A stretch of 64,000 nt of DNA. It comes from an uncultured virus (IMG/VR IMGVR_UViG_3300042868_010802) (lineage: Duplodnaviria; Heunggongvirae; Uroviricota; Caudoviricetes). The position numbers and the translations under genes are program-made. The notes beneath the pieces were generated by a model. That model was not told the origin of the DNA, ran no database searches, and saw nothing but the letters and a program-made list of their open reading frames with translations. This document shows positions 45,288 through 55,051 of this stretch, piece by piece. Positions within the stretch are counted from its first letter, which is position 1; the number at the start of each line of letters is the position of its first letter. The DNA lies in IMG/VR virus record IMGVR_UViG_3300042868_010802; one strand, given 5' to 3'.

Positions 45288-45834
45288 TCTTTCAGAAGGG
45301 TTGGAAGCAGGCGACCTGGAGCGTTTGGTTACGCCCAAGGTATCCATTGACGAATACAAAAGCAAAATGGGCAGCGACGAAGAAATCGTTGTCGTGAGTT
45401 TTCACGTGGGCAGCAAAGAGCCTGCGCTTGACATTGTGAACTTTATTGAAAAAAGTTACGAGTGGGTAGCTGACGCAGATGTAAGTTCTGGTGAAGTGTT
45501 TGATGGGTCGTATATTGTATTTGTGGAAATAGAACGAAATTCGGAAGTGCCCGAGCATCTAATAGAAATGTTCGAAGACCTTGCCAATCTAACTGAACAT
45601 GAAATAAAAGACTGGAATGTTGAATACTTTAAGCCAAGAAAAAGTTCCAAGCTAGAATTGGAAGCACTGAGATCCATAATTCCAACAACTCCGGAATCTT
45701 ATAGAAATTTGGTCAAGAATCAACAGACTGATCTGGATAAACTAAAAACAGCAGCAGGTGTCAAAGTTGATACCAAAGCTCCAAAAAATGACTTTACTGA
45801 AGGTATTAGAACACTGGCAGGTATTTACAGATGA
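45229..45834 (+). CDS. Conserved hypothetical phage protein (start uncertain)
   Basis: IDEYKSKMG.D, FIEK.Y.WV.DADVS.GE. Confidence 0.75.
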   Translation: MNNRYNNHQLSPRLQHQLSNLSEGLEAGDLERLVTPKVSIDEYKSKMGSDEEIVVVSFHVGSKEPALDIVNFIEKSYEWVADADVSSGEVFDGSYIVFVEIERNSEVPEHLIEMFEDLANLTEHEIKDWNVEYFKPRKSSKLELEALRSIIPTTPESYRNLVKNQQTDLDKLKTAAGVKVDTKAPKNDFTEGIRTLAGIYR

Positions 45835-46241
45835 AAAGTATAGATATAGCACCAAGAAGCATTGGACTGATTGATGTTCTAGCAGACGCAGTGTTCCGTT
45901 TTATTGTTGACAGCAATGTAAGTTTAGATGGCCAAGGAGATATGCTGGACGAGTTATTTAAAAGAGCTGCACCACAATATGGCATCAATTGGAATGGCAA
46001 AACACTGCCAGAACTCAATGCAAAACTTGCAGTAATTAAAAAATTGCAAAGAAAGTTGGCAATGAGTAACCCCGAAGTTACACAGAAACGCAACAGCACC
46101 AGACAACAAAACAAAATGATTGCTGCCACTCAAGCAGCAATGGCCGCCGCCGAGCAAGCAAAGCGTGATGCAGAATGGTTCAAGAAACAATACACTCCTA
46201 GTCTGCAACGAAATACCAAACCAACCACAACATTAGAGTAA
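45831..46241 (+). CDS. Hypothetical protein
   Basis: 136-aa ORF coupled to the previous gene. Confidence 0.6.
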   Translation: MKSIDIAPRSIGLIDVLADAVFRFIVDSNVSLDGQGDMLDELFKRAAPQYGINWNGKTLPELNAKLAVIKKLQRKLAMSNPEVTQKRNSTRQQNKMIAATQAAMAAAEQAKRDAEWFKKQYTPSLQRNTKPTTTLE

Positions 46242-46258
46242 CATCAAAAGGAGAATCA

Positions 46259-46891
46259 ATGTCAAATTTTATACTAACTCGAGATCAATTAAGCAAACTA
46301 CTTCCAGGTAACCCGTATTTAGATTACTGGTATTCGGCTTTAGAAAGATGCCTGCCTGATTACGATATCAACACTCCGCAAAGAGTTGCTGCATTTATTG
46401 CTCAATGTGCACACGAAAGCGGTAACTTCAGGATGCTTAAAGAAAACTTAAATTACAAAGCAGCTACCCTGCGAAAGATCTTTCCCAAGTATTTCCCATC
46501 GGATGAAATAGCGGCACAATTTGCAGCCATGCCCAACAGACAAGAAGCAATTGCCAACAGAGTCTACGGTGGACGCATGGGCAATGGTCCAGAGGCCACT
46601 GGTGACGGTTGGCGCTTTTGTGGCCGAGGCCTAATTCAATTGACTGGTCGTAACAACTACCAAGCGTTTGCTGACAGTATAGAAACAGATATCAATGACA
46701 TACCAGACTACTTGGCAACATTTGAAGGTGCTGTGCAAAGTGCTTGTTGGTTCTGGGAAACCAACAGCTTGAACAAATGGGCAGACCCTGGTGATATTTT
46801 GACTTTGACCAAAAGAATCAACGGTGGTACCATTGGTCTAGAAGATCGTATCAAACACTACAATCACGCACTTCACGTTCTAGGTCATTGA
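46259..46891 (+). CDS. Glycoside hydrolase family 19 endolysin
   Basis: AAFIAQ.AHESG, ENLNY, GRGLIQLTG..NY, SA.WFW, T..INGG..GL.DR. Confidence 0.93.
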   Translation: MSNFILTRDQLSKLLPGNPYLDYWYSALERCLPDYDINTPQRVAAFIAQCAHESGNFRMLKENLNYKAATLRKIFPKYFPSDEIAAQFAAMPNRQEAIANRVYGGRMGNGPEATGDGWRFCGRGLIQLTGRNNYQAFADSIETDINDIPDYLATFEGAVQSACWFWETNSLNKWADPGDILTLTKRINGGTIGLEDRIKHYNHALHVLGH

Positions 46892-46892
46892 T

Positions 46893-47426
46893 ATGTGGTT
46901 ACTGTCTTTCCTTCCTGACACCTTGTTGATGTACATTGTCAACATGGTATTGATTGTAGGGGTCATCAGTTTCGTCTTGGCGTTTTTTGTACTGCACAAG
47001 ATCTTAAACCGAATTCCCGGTCTGTCAAAATATGCACTGGCATTTCAAATTGTCAGTGCAGTATTGTTGACAGCAGGAATTTATTTCAAAGGTGGATACA
47101 CTACAGAAATGATGTGGCGTGATCGAGTCAAAGAATTAGAAACTAAAGTTGCTGCGGCCGAAGCAGAGTCCAAGAAAGAAAATGTTGTTATACAAGAAAA
47201 AATTGTAAAACAAAAAGAATACATCAAGGGCAAAACAGAGTACATAACAAAGTATATTGATAAGTTAGAAACTAAAGAAATTGTCAAAGAAGTACAAGGA
47301 CCTGAACGAGTTCGTGTAGAAGAAGTTATAAAGTACATTGAAAACTGTCCAGTTCCTAAAGAATTGATCAACATACACAATGATGCTGCAATGCTAAACA
47401 AAGCAGCAGGAGATCCTAGAAAATGA
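46893..47426 (+). CDS. Putative i-spanin (Rz-like)
   Basis: N-terminal TM segments, coiled coil and C-terminal Cys; follows the endolysin. Confidence 0.65.
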   Translation: MWLLSFLPDTLLMYIVNMVLIVGVISFVLAFFVLHKILNRIPGLSKYALAFQIVSAVLLTAGIYFKGGYTTEMMWRDRVKELETKVAAAEAESKKENVVIQEKIVKQKEYIKGKTEYITKYIDKLETKEIVKEVQGPERVRVEEVIKYIENCPVPKELINIHNDAAMLNKAAGDPRK

Positions 47427-47695
47427 AAATAATTATTTTAGGACTTGCTGTATTATTAGCAGGCTGTGCAGCGCCCACACCAGTTAAAAGAAACTTTCCA
47501 GATGCTGTTCCTGCATTACAAGAAAAATGCCCTGGATTATCCACTGTAGAAAGCACCGGTGATGCAGTATCTATTACTGATCTGCTTAAAACTGTAGTTA
47601 AGAACTATGGCTCATACTATGAGTGTGCTAATAAAGTAGATGGCTGGAATGAGTGGTATGACCGGCAAAGAAAAATTTTTGAAAGCGTTAAATAA
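47423..47695 (+). CDS. Putative o-spanin lipoprotein (Rz1-like)
   Basis: Lipobox LLAGC, Pro-rich, further Cys residues. Confidence 0.7.
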   Translation: MKIIILGLAVLLAGCAAPTPVKRNFPDAVPALQEKCPGLSTVESTGDAVSITDLLKTVVKNYGSYYECANKVDGWNEWYDRQRKIFESVK

Positions 47696-47717
47696 TGGTA
47701 TATAAAGGAGCCGAGTA

Positions 47718-48008
47718 ATGGAAGATAAAAAATTACTCAAGTGGGTGTTTGTATTACTATTAGCACCGCTTGCGTTAGCATATTTTAGCAATGGTGACAG
47801 TTTTCGTTATCCTTGCCAAAATCCAGATAACTGGGATAAGCAAATATGCAAGTTACCTACTTGTGATGTAACTCGCACATGTCCCGAACATATTTTTAAA
47901 GGTCAACGTGACCCAAGATTAGGACCACCAAAAGATGAACCAACTAAAACAATTTCTGCGCCGCCTGCTGGAGCGCCTAACACACAAGGAGCCAACTGTG
48001 GAAAATAA
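47718..48008 (+). CDS. Membrane-anchored Cys-containing protein
   Basis: TM segment plus FRYPCQNP.NW...C..P.C...TCP. Confidence 0.7.
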   Translation: MEDKKLLKWVFVLLLAPLALAYFSNGDSFRYPCQNPDNWDKQICKLPTCDVTRTCPEHIFKGQRDPRLGPPKDEPTKTISAPPAGAPNTQGANCGK

Positions 48009-48504
48009 TCAACCCGAGCATATCTATACCGAAGAACAATTAATGGCCAGATTGAAGTTTTTCATTGGCATCTGTTTGTCATTAACATTGTTTGGCATTG
48101 TGTTTGTGGTACTATATTCGTTAATATTTGTCACACAACCACTTAATGCCATTAGCCCAATTGATCAAAAGTTTTTTGAATTGATCATTCCTATTGCTAC
48201 TTTCTTGACAGGTACACTAAGTGGTATCATGTTGGCAAGTCCTGGAGACAAAGAAGCACAGAAGCAGGCATTAGCAGCCGCAAACAAAGGTTGGGATAAA
48301 CCACCAACACCTGTAGCTACTACACCTAGCATACCAGTTATGAGCGGGTTTGGGGCAGGTCCTGCATTTGGAGCAACACCGACCAGCAGTTTTGGAAATA
48401 ACGTATCCACAGGCTTTGGAACACCCACAGGATTTGGCCAGCCTGTTGCAATGAATGCAAACGGTAAGCATATTGTTCCAACAGAACCACAACCTGAACT
48501 GTAA
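47998..48504 (+). CDS. Two-TM membrane protein (holin-like, tentative)
   Basis: GTG start after AAGGAG; two TM helices; low-complexity tail. Confidence 0.6.
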   Translation: MENNQPEHIYTEEQLMARLKFFIGICLSLTLFGIVFVVLYSLIFVTQPLNAISPIDQKFFELIIPIATFLTGTLSGIMLASPGDKEAQKQALAAANKGWDKPPTPVATTPSIPVMSGFGAGPAFGATPTSSFGNNVSTGFGTPTGFGQPVAMNANGKHIVPTEPQPEL

Positions 48505-48510
48505 TATATT

Positions 48511-49008
48511 ATGTCAGCCCGTGGCAAAGAAGATTGGATGAATTCAAAGTGGCGCCCTATGATGGGGTGGAGTTACATGTTGACTTGCATTGCCGACTTT
48601 GTTGTTTTTCCAGTGCTTTGGTCAATTTTGCAAAGTGTAAGCAAAGGTCAAGTCAATATGCAATGGCAACCTATTACCTTGCAAGGTGCTGGATTGTATC
48701 ATATTGCCATGGGAGCTGTATTGGGCATTACAGCTTACGGGCGTACTCAAGAAAAACTAGGAGGAGCTAACAATGGCGGAATCACCTTACCATCAAATGC
48801 TGGTACAGCATATACATCTTCGGCAGCAATCAGCCAGCCGGTACCCGGTAACTTTAGTGCACCAACACCGACCCAATCAATTGGACAATCAACTGGTGGA
48901 AGTTTTGGAGCACCGCAATACAATGGATTTAATAACAGCCCAGCTCCGGTAGTAACTGGATTTGGTGGCAAGCCTGGACCAGTGTTACCCCCTGATCCTG
49001 AATTATAA
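48511..49008 (+). CDS. Holin-like membrane protein (3TM/GTA-holin-like)
   Basis: WRP.MGW...LG..AYGRT.EK motif. Confidence 0.6.
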   Translation: MSARGKEDWMNSKWRPMMGWSYMLTCIADFVVFPVLWSILQSVSKGQVNMQWQPITLQGAGLYHIAMGAVLGITAYGRTQEKLGGANNGGITLPSNAGTAYTSSAAISQPVPGNFSAPTPTQSIGQSTGGSFGAPQYNGFNNSPAPVVTGFGGKPGPVLPPDPEL

Positions 49009-49027
49009 AACTTAACTAAGGAATAAT

Positions 49028-49696
49028 ATGAAAACATCAATTAAAATTTTTGCAATAGCCAGTGCGTTTTTACTTGCCGGGTGCGGCACCACAGAGCAAT
49101 ACAAGATGTATGCAGATACACAAAAAAGCATTGCACAAGCAAATGCCATGTCTGATACCGCTAGATATGCTGCACTGGCTGAAATTGCCAAAACAGGAGA
49201 TTCGGGTGCCAGAGTTGCTGCGGTCATGAGTATTAACTTTGGGGCACAAGGCGCCAATGGGCCTAGAGTGCAGCAAGTTGCTCCACCAAAAACATTCACT
49301 GAACATGCATTACAGTGGACAAGTTTATTGCTTCCTAATTTAACACAGTTTTATAGCATAAGCGCCAACAGACAAATAGCTATTACTCAGAGCAATAATG
49401 CCACAGCGTTGGGCACAGCACAAAGTAATAATGCAACCGCTACCGCAACCAACACTGCAAATGCATTTGCAAATATTGCAACTACAACTGCAAATGGTAT
49501 GACTGCAATTGCAAGCAAAATTCAAGCGCCACAGGCCAATATAACATTGAGCGGCACTGGAGTTATTGGTGCAGGAAGTTATTCAACAACTGCTAACCCA
49601 GTGACTACCACCACTACTGCTAACCCAGTGACTACCACCACTACTGCTAACCCAGTAACAACTACTACCACTAACCCAGTGGTAACTGCACCTTAA
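49028..49696 (+). CDS. Lipoprotein with Thr-rich repeat tail
   Basis: Lipobox LLAGC; (TANPVTTTT)n. Confidence 0.75.
   Translation: MKTSIKIFAIASAFLLAGCGTTEQYKMYADTQKSIAQANAMSDTARYAALAEIAKTGDSGARVAAVMSINFGAQGANGPRVQQVAPPKTFTEHALQWTSLLLPNLTQFYSISANRQIAITQSNNATALGTAQSNNATATATNTANAFANIATTTANGMTAIASKIQAPQANITLSGTGVIGAGSYSTTANPVTTTTTANPVTTTTTANPVTTTTTNPVVTAP
49589..49681 (+). repeat. 27-bp coding tandem repeat, about 3.5 copies
   Basis: actgctaacccagtgactaccaccact: two exact copies plus degenerate ones. Confidence 0.9.
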
Positions 49697-49714
49697 CAAC
49701 ACAAAGGAAATATT

Positions 49715-49963
49715 ATGAAAAATCTATTTTGGTCACTATGTTTAGTAGCTGGATTATCTTTTCCAGTCTTGAACAATCTTGCATATGCAGCAGACGACAC
49801 TGCTGGCGCAGGAGAAATCAAAGAAGTTTGCCACCCTAAGAAAGACAAAGCTGGCAACGAAGTAAAAGGCAAAGACGGTAAAGTAATCCAGGAGTGCAAG
49901 AAAATCAAAGTACGCAAAAAGCTAGAGGGAACAGAGATTCCGCCAGCTACTCCTAAAAAGTAA
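49715..49963 (+). CDS. Small secreted protein
   Basis: Signal peptide ending AYA; two Cys; Lys-rich. Confidence 0.7.
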   Translation: MKNLFWSLCLVAGLSFPVLNNLAYAADDTAGAGEIKEVCHPKKDKAGNEVKGKDGKVIQECKKIKVRKKLEGTEIPPATPKK

Positions 49964-49967
49964 CAAT

Positions 49968-49995
49968 AAAAATGGGCCGTTAAGGCCCATTTTTT
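49968..49995. terminator. Bidirectional intrinsic terminator
   Basis: AAAAATGGGCC-gttaa-GGCCCATTTTT at a convergent junction. Confidence 0.85.
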
Positions 49996-50551
49996 ATATT
50001 ACCAAATGTTTGAAATATTCGTAATGCTTTTCTAACGTCCAGGTCTCTGGGTCTATGGGTGTTCCGTCGTGTGTTTGGTAAGTGCTGGCAAATACATTGC
50101 TGTATCTCCGGAACGGCAACCACATGTCTGGAGTAGTGCTAGACCAACCGGACTCTTTGAGCATGGAATGTTTGTTACGACTCAAACGAACTGTAGGAGC
50201 ATTCAGAGCCTGCACCAATGTGATTGCATCAGCCAACAGCAGATCGCGAATTCGAGCAGCTGGTATCAAGTGTTCAAAATCTGTTTCCGCATCAGCATTT
50301 TGTTCATGATAGTGAGCACCCATACCGTCACGCTGTTTGATACAATACTCGTGATATCGACGCAGGTAATAATCGATATCGTTGCGAATCTCACGCAACC
50401 ATTGCTGGTCGTTTTTGACCATATGATACTCGCCCACAAGACGATCGATATGTGTTGAGCAGTGTTGAGCCACAGTTTTGTAGGTTGCTGGTGTACGTTT
50501 GGTCTTGCCGTACACAGGAGCTACAAACTGTTCAAGAGATTCTTTAAGCAT
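49994..50551 (-). CDS. Hypothetical protein with an HNH-like EH.IP motif
   Basis: TDFEHLIP...H..L...W...PF.RY. Confidence 0.55.
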   Translation of the reverse strand: MLKESLEQFVAPVYGKTKRTPATYKTVAQHCSTHIDRLVGEYHMVKNDQQWLREIRNDIDYYLRRYHEYCIKQRDGMGAHYHEQNADAETDFEHLIPAARIRDLLLADAITLVQALNAPTVRLSRNKHSMLKESGWSSTTPDMWLPFRRYSNVFASTYQTHDGTPIDPETWTLEKHYEYFKHLVI

Positions 50552-51086
50552 GTTGATTAGCTACAAATAAATTATTCCAAATTGATTCAGGTACGTAAGT
50601 TTTACTGTTGATATAGGATTCGTCCTTGATATTTCCAATTGGCAACGCACCGTATATGTCCTTGTAATCTTCTATTAGACGCCCCTCTAATTTTTTAACA
50701 TGCATATGCGGATCACCTGCACTTGGACTAGGCACTCTAGTAAGATCCCGTACAGTAATTGTTGTACCTATTCTATTTAGATGCTTGCCAGTTTTTTTAA
50801 AATACCTAGCATCAATTAATCGCATATCATTGCCATTTGGTCCGCATAATTGTGACGGCCACCCCTCGAGATGCCCGGCCTGTCGATATATGCGATCTCC
50901 AAAATTTGATTTTTCGTCTACGCTGAATCCGTGCTTGAGTACAGTGCCAATATATTCAAAAGTATAGACATAGTATATTATGTCAAGAGCTTTCATTATA
51001 GCAGAAATATCAGCTGAGTTATTTAGAGTAGACAAGTCGATATGATAAGTTGGGTACGGAGTTGATTGTAAAACAGTGTATGTCAT
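50544..51086 (-). CDS. GIY-YIG-like nuclease (tentative)
   Basis: YYVYTF....VLKHG.S...R.YRQ...LE..LI..Y....G.LP.GN. Confidence 0.5.
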   Translation of the reverse strand: MTYTVLQSTPYPTYHIDLSTLNNSADISAIMKALDIIYYVYTFEYIGTVLKHGFSVDEKSNFGDRIYRQAGHLEGWPSQLCGPNGNDMRLIDARYFKKTGKHLNRIGTTITVRDLTRVPSPSAGDPHMHVKKLEGRLIEDYKDIYGALPIGNIKDESYINSKTYVPESIWNNLFVANQHA

Positions 51087-51130
51087 TTTGTAAGTCTAAC
51101 GAAGATGAATGAAACAGTACATAATCCCTG

Positions 51131-51682
51131 TTACTTTGAAGATTTATTTAATCTCGGATATGTGCCAGTATTAGATTTGAATCGATTAAGATAGTACGAT
51201 TCTAATTCCTTATGAAAAGTTGTTTCAAGGTGTACATGGCGCCCACCAAGTATTAGCTCAATTTCTGAGGTTTCGCATTTTTTAGCCCAAAGACTTACCT
51301 TTTTGTTAGATTGTCTGATCAATGGATTAAGACTTTCTCGTATGGTTTTATCGGTTCCGTCACCAGTCCTTAACCGACCAAATCTAGATTTAGATCCTGT
51401 TTTAGGTTGAACCGTGGCATATTCTTTTTCTGTAAACCAGCTATAAGTTTGTTCCATGCAACCAAGCGGATTACCGGTTTCTCCACATTTGACAATAGTT
51501 TCGTCTTCAACAATAAAATACACCCAGCTACGATGAGAAGAAAACATCAAAGTGCGATCAATGTTTTTGTAAGTCCAATCATTGCTGTAATTTGAACATA
51601 CAACATCACAAACTTTTTTAAAGCCGTCGTTGATATATGAATTAATATTCATAATTGATTTTGTAGTTGGATCATTGTACAT
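51131..51682 (-). CDS. GIY-YIG-like nuclease (tentative)
   Basis: WVYFIV....IVKCGET...R...LE..YL..F....G.YP.LN; start trimmed to MYNDP. Confidence 0.5.
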   Translation of the reverse strand: MYNDPTTKSIMNINSYINDGFKKVCDVVCSNYSNDWTYKNIDRTLMFSSHRSWVYFIVEDETIVKCGETGNPLGCMEQTYSWFTEKEYATVQPKTGSKSRFGRLRTGDGTDKTIRESLNPLIRQSNKKVSLWAKKCETSEIELILGGRHVHLETTFHKELESYYLNRFKSNTGTYPRLNKSSK

Positions 51683-52733
51683 TGCTAACTCCTGTTGGAA
51701 AAAGACCTGGGGCGATATTGCCTTCGGTAATACCCATTTTAGCGCCTTCGCCGTGGTAGGGCAAGTTGATTTTACCACCGTTGCGTATATACAACTCACG
51801 CAAAAAATTGCTCATTGCACTCGGTGCACTCCAAGTGGAGCCTGGATTTACATGTTCCCATTGTACCTTGGCTTTGGCATGTATCAATCCAGAACTTTTG
51901 AAAGTTGTCTTGACAGTATCCAACACGGCTTTCATCCAGCCTGCAGGCAATGCAGTTGTTTCAGTTTTGGACAGTTTGTGCAGTTCCAACAGGCCAATGT
52001 AAACACCCTGATCAATTTCTTCTTGCAAAGGAAATGCTTCTTTGATTGCAGTCAACAATTCCAACAACACTCGACCTTTTTCATCGACCTCGATGCCTTT
52101 TTGTGAGTATTTGTAGTGGCTGAAAAAATAGTCATTGTCGCCACGCAAATTGTCGCTGGCACGTGATCCTTTGTCCTGTAGATCAATTTTGGCAGCATCA
52201 AATTGATCTTGCATGGTTTTGGCTTGCACCACTTTGCTGTCTCGACTGCCGTTTTTGTAACGCACCAGGGCATTGCGATGCAGGTCGCCAGGCGTTAGTC
52301 GTTTGACTCCAGTATCGTTTAGCATTTCAAAAGCGTATGATGCGAAGTTGGGATCTGAAGTTTCTACCACTGCACAGGGAATCTCTTTGAGCCCTAATAT
52401 GCCCGCGGCAATGGTACGGTGCTGTGCATCGTACAAAAAGATTTGTATTTGGCCGACCATGCGGCAAGCCGACCCGGGGCTACAGATTCGCGGATCCCAC
52501 TTCTTCATGATGTTGATAATATGCTTGTGTATCACATCACGTTGAACTTCATAGTCGATCCATAGATCCTCAATTTGGATCATGGTACTGACCGGGAATT
52601 TGTGAGTTAGAGCTCGTGCACGGGCACGCCATGCATCAAGTTCTTTTTGTGTGACGTTGTAATGTGCTTTGAGTTGTGCTTCAACTTCAGCAATAACGTC
52701 CGTGAGTTTACGTGTAAGGCGTTTGACAGCCAT
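51672..52733 (-). CDS. ParB/Srx-like N-terminal domain protein
   Basis: ID.EVQR...YDAQHR...F..LN. Confidence 0.65.
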   Translation of the reverse strand: MAVKRLTRKLTDVIAEVEAQLKAHYNVTQKELDAWRARARALTHKFPVSTMIQIEDLWIDYEVQRDVIHKHIINIMKKWDPRICSPGSACRMVGQIQIFLYDAQHRTIAAGILGLKEIPCAVVETSDPNFASYAFEMLNDTGVKRLTPGDLHRNALVRYKNGSRDSKVVQAKTMQDQFDAAKIDLQDKGSRASDNLRGDNDYFFSHYKYSQKGIEVDEKGRVLLELLTAIKEAFPLQEEIDQGVYIGLLELHKLSKTETTALPAGWMKAVLDTVKTTFKSSGLIHAKAKVQWEHVNPGSTWSAPSAMSNFLRELYIRNGGKINLPYHGEGAKMGITEGNIAPGLFPTGVSNVQ

Positions 52734-52784
52734 GAGTTTCCTTTCGTTACCCGACACAATGCGGGATCAGTTGTTTAAGTATGT

Positions 52785-52813
52785 ATTATAACACCAAAAA
52801 CGCCAGAGGTCAA
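52785..52813 (-). promoter_or_regulatory. Sigma70-type (early) promoter
   Basis: TTGACC-17 bp-TATAAT with extended -10 TG. Confidence 0.85.
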
Positions 52814-53394
52814 GCGTTTTTTGTGACAATATTGTAAATTTCGTGCCAGTTTTTCACCTTGCGTATGTGTGGTGTAGGCGTATCAAAATTGTGCCCGTGT
52901 TCCATAATCAATGGAAATAGGCCCAACCGGCGACCAGTTTCAGCATTTTGAATCTTGTCTTCAATCCAAAAGCATCCTGTGTCTCGATAAGGTTCCAGCA
53001 CTTCGTCTTTGTCTGCACCAGTGTCCAGGAACACAAACTTTTCAAATGCAGTTTGGCCAAACAATTTGCGCAAATTCATCTTTCGCAGTTGTTGGGCATT
53101 TTCGTCTCGGCTTAGACTGGTAATTGCATGAAACACATAACCATGTTCTTCGTGTAGGCGTTTGACATAGTACATGGCGTCACGCAGGGCAGGCAAGAAT
53201 CCAATGGCTGCTGACTCGTTAAATATCTTGACCAATTTCTTGGCTTGATCGTCGGGTATGTTGTAGGAGGTTCCGATATTGTATTTGGACAGTTCAACTT
53301 TTTGAAAACCGTGTTGTGTCATCCAGACATCAAATGCGTATTCCCAATCCAACACCACACCGTCGCAATCGGTCAATATAACTTTATTTTTCAT
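52810..53394 (-). CDS. HAD-family 5'(3')-deoxyribonucleotidase-like phosphatase
   Basis: DCDGV, ITS, K, WIEDK..N. Confidence 0.8.
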   Translation of the reverse strand: MKNKVILTDCDGVVLDWEYAFDVWMTQHGFQKVELSKYNIGTSYNIPDDQAKKLVKIFNESAAIGFLPALRDAMYYVKRLHEEHGYVFHAITSLSRDENAQQLRKMNLRKLFGQTAFEKFVFLDTGADKDEVLEPYRDTGCFWIEDKIQNAETGRRLGLFPLIMEHGHNFDTPTPHIRKVKNWHEIYNIVTKNA

Positions 53395-53636
53395 TTTTTA
53401 TTTCGGATAGCAAAGTCTTTGATAGTATCAACATAACTTTCGAGCCTACGAGTCTTTGCTTCAAGATATTCTAATCGATTTCTCAACACCGCTATTTCTT
53501 GTGTCTGCAATTCCATAGTTTCTCGAGTCACTCGTAACTCTTTGACTTGACCCAACAGGGTTGGCGGAGGAGGAGCATTAGGATCTCGCTCACGCTTTTT
53601 TTTGTCTTTGAATGATTTTAGAAACAGCGGGTTCAT
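53391..53636 (-). CDS. Coiled-coil hypothetical protein
   Basis: 81-aa ORF. Confidence 0.65.
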   Translation of the reverse strand: MNPLFLKSFKDKKKRERDPNAPPPPTLLGQVKELRVTRETMELQTQEIAVLRNRLEYLEAKTRRLESYVDTIKDFAIRNKK

Positions 53637-53646
53637 CTAGTATTTA

Positions 53647-54066
53647 TTAGTTCGACGCCGGGGTATCGACTACTTGTATTTCTTCATTGGCCATTCCTTT
53701 GGTGGCAAGTAGTGTTCTGGCTTCTTCAGCTGTTCCCACTTGTGTTTGAAATCTTGTCAAGTATTCTGGATCCAGGCTGGCCATAATTTTATAAGTGTAT
53801 TCGGGATAGCCTGTTGAAAAATATTTGAACATGTCGTCAAAATCGGCAGTGGTTCCCCAACCGTTGCGAATAACTTTTTTGTTAGACATGTCCAAAATAA
53901 TCTTGGCCATGGATTGATCGTTTTTCTTCAGTCGTCGTGTTATTGCTACCTGTTCGTCGTACTGAACATTGCTGCTGTCGGCCATCCAACCTTTGACTTG
54001 AGTCTTGACTCGATTGGCAGGTCGAAGAGTATAGTATGCTACCAGGTATAGTGATTCTTTTTTCAT
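53647..54066 (-). CDS. Hypothetical protein
   Basis: 139-aa ORF. Confidence 0.7.
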   Translation of the reverse strand: MKKESLYLVAYYTLRPANRVKTQVKGWMADSSNVQYDEQVAITRRLKKNDQSMAKIILDMSNKKVIRNGWGTTADFDDMFKYFSTGYPEYTYKIMASLDPEYLTRFQTQVGTAEEARTLLATKGMANEEIQVVDTPASN

Positions 54067-54067
54067 A

Positions 54068-55000
54068 TTATCCTTTGATTGAAATTAGTTCTGTAATTGT
54101 GGCTGACAAATTGATTTCGGGATCCGCAACACTGGCATGATACACCAGTCCTTTTCGGATTATGAGAATAGCCTCATCTTGTCCTTCTTCTGTCTTGCTC
54201 CAGATATCAAGATTGTCATACATCCAACGAAACACGCTATCCATTTCTTCAGGAACGCATTGGTTGCATATTAGTTCTCTTGCTTGTTTGACTTTTCCTG
54301 CTTTGAACAAGTTGACAGCATCCAAGATATAATCTCCACCGACTCCTCCAGTTTCTCTAGGAGGGTTGAGTGCACCGCTGACACTGTTGGGTTGTAGCAA
54401 TTGTAAACATTTGCGAAGATCTGGGTAAGTGGCTTTGACATAGCTGTCCAGCGTATCTAGGTCGAAGTCAATACCTTCTTCCACCAAAATAGTTGCAGCT
54501 CTAGCAGTGAACTCTGTTTGGTCTGTTTTTTCAATGCGAATCTCATGGCAACGACTTTTCAGTGGCGGTATAATTTTACTAGGATAATTACAAGTAAAAA
54601 TAAATCTTACATTGCCGGAATATTCTTCCATTAGATTACGCATAGCTGGCTGTACAGATTCTTTGTTAAGATAGTCTGCTTCGTCAACCAAAACAATCTT
54701 AAACGGGCCAAACGGCATGGTTTGACAAAAACCAATCAACTTGTCAACCCATTCAATTCGACGACCTTCTTTACTACCGTTTGCAAACATTACATCTGCT
54801 TCTTCTACACCCAAGTTGTTGATTAGAATTTTGGCCAGAGTGGTTTTACCTGTACCAGATGGCCCATGAAACAGCAAGTGCGGAATGCTTTGATCTTTGA
54901 TCCAATATTCTACTTGTTCTCTGATTTCGGAGTTAGTAAATACGTAACCATCAATAGTATTGGGGCGATACTTTTCTACCCAAAGTTGAGTAATTGACAT
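54068..55000 (-). CDS. Clamp loader ATPase subunit (gp44/RFC-like)
   Basis: WVEKYRP, GPSGTGKTT, DEADYL, CNY..KII.PL.SRC. Confidence 0.93.
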   Translation of the reverse strand: MSITQLWVEKYRPNTIDGYVFTNSEIREQVEYWIKDQSIPHLLFHGPSGTGKTTLAKILINNLGVEEADVMFANGSKEGRRIEWVDKLIGFCQTMPFGPFKIVLVDEADYLNKESVQPAMRNLMEEYSGNVRFIFTCNYPSKIIPPLKSRCHEIRIEKTDQTEFTARAATILVEEGIDFDLDTLDSYVKATYPDLRKCLQLLQPNSVSGALNPPRETGGVGGDYILDAVNLFKAGKVKQARELICNQCVPEEMDSVFRWMYDNLDIWSKTEEGQDEAILIIRKGLVYHASVADPEINLSATITELISIKG

Positions 55001-55051
55001 GTGTGTCCTTGAAATTGTGTTACAGCTAGTGTAACACACATTGTTAAAAAA

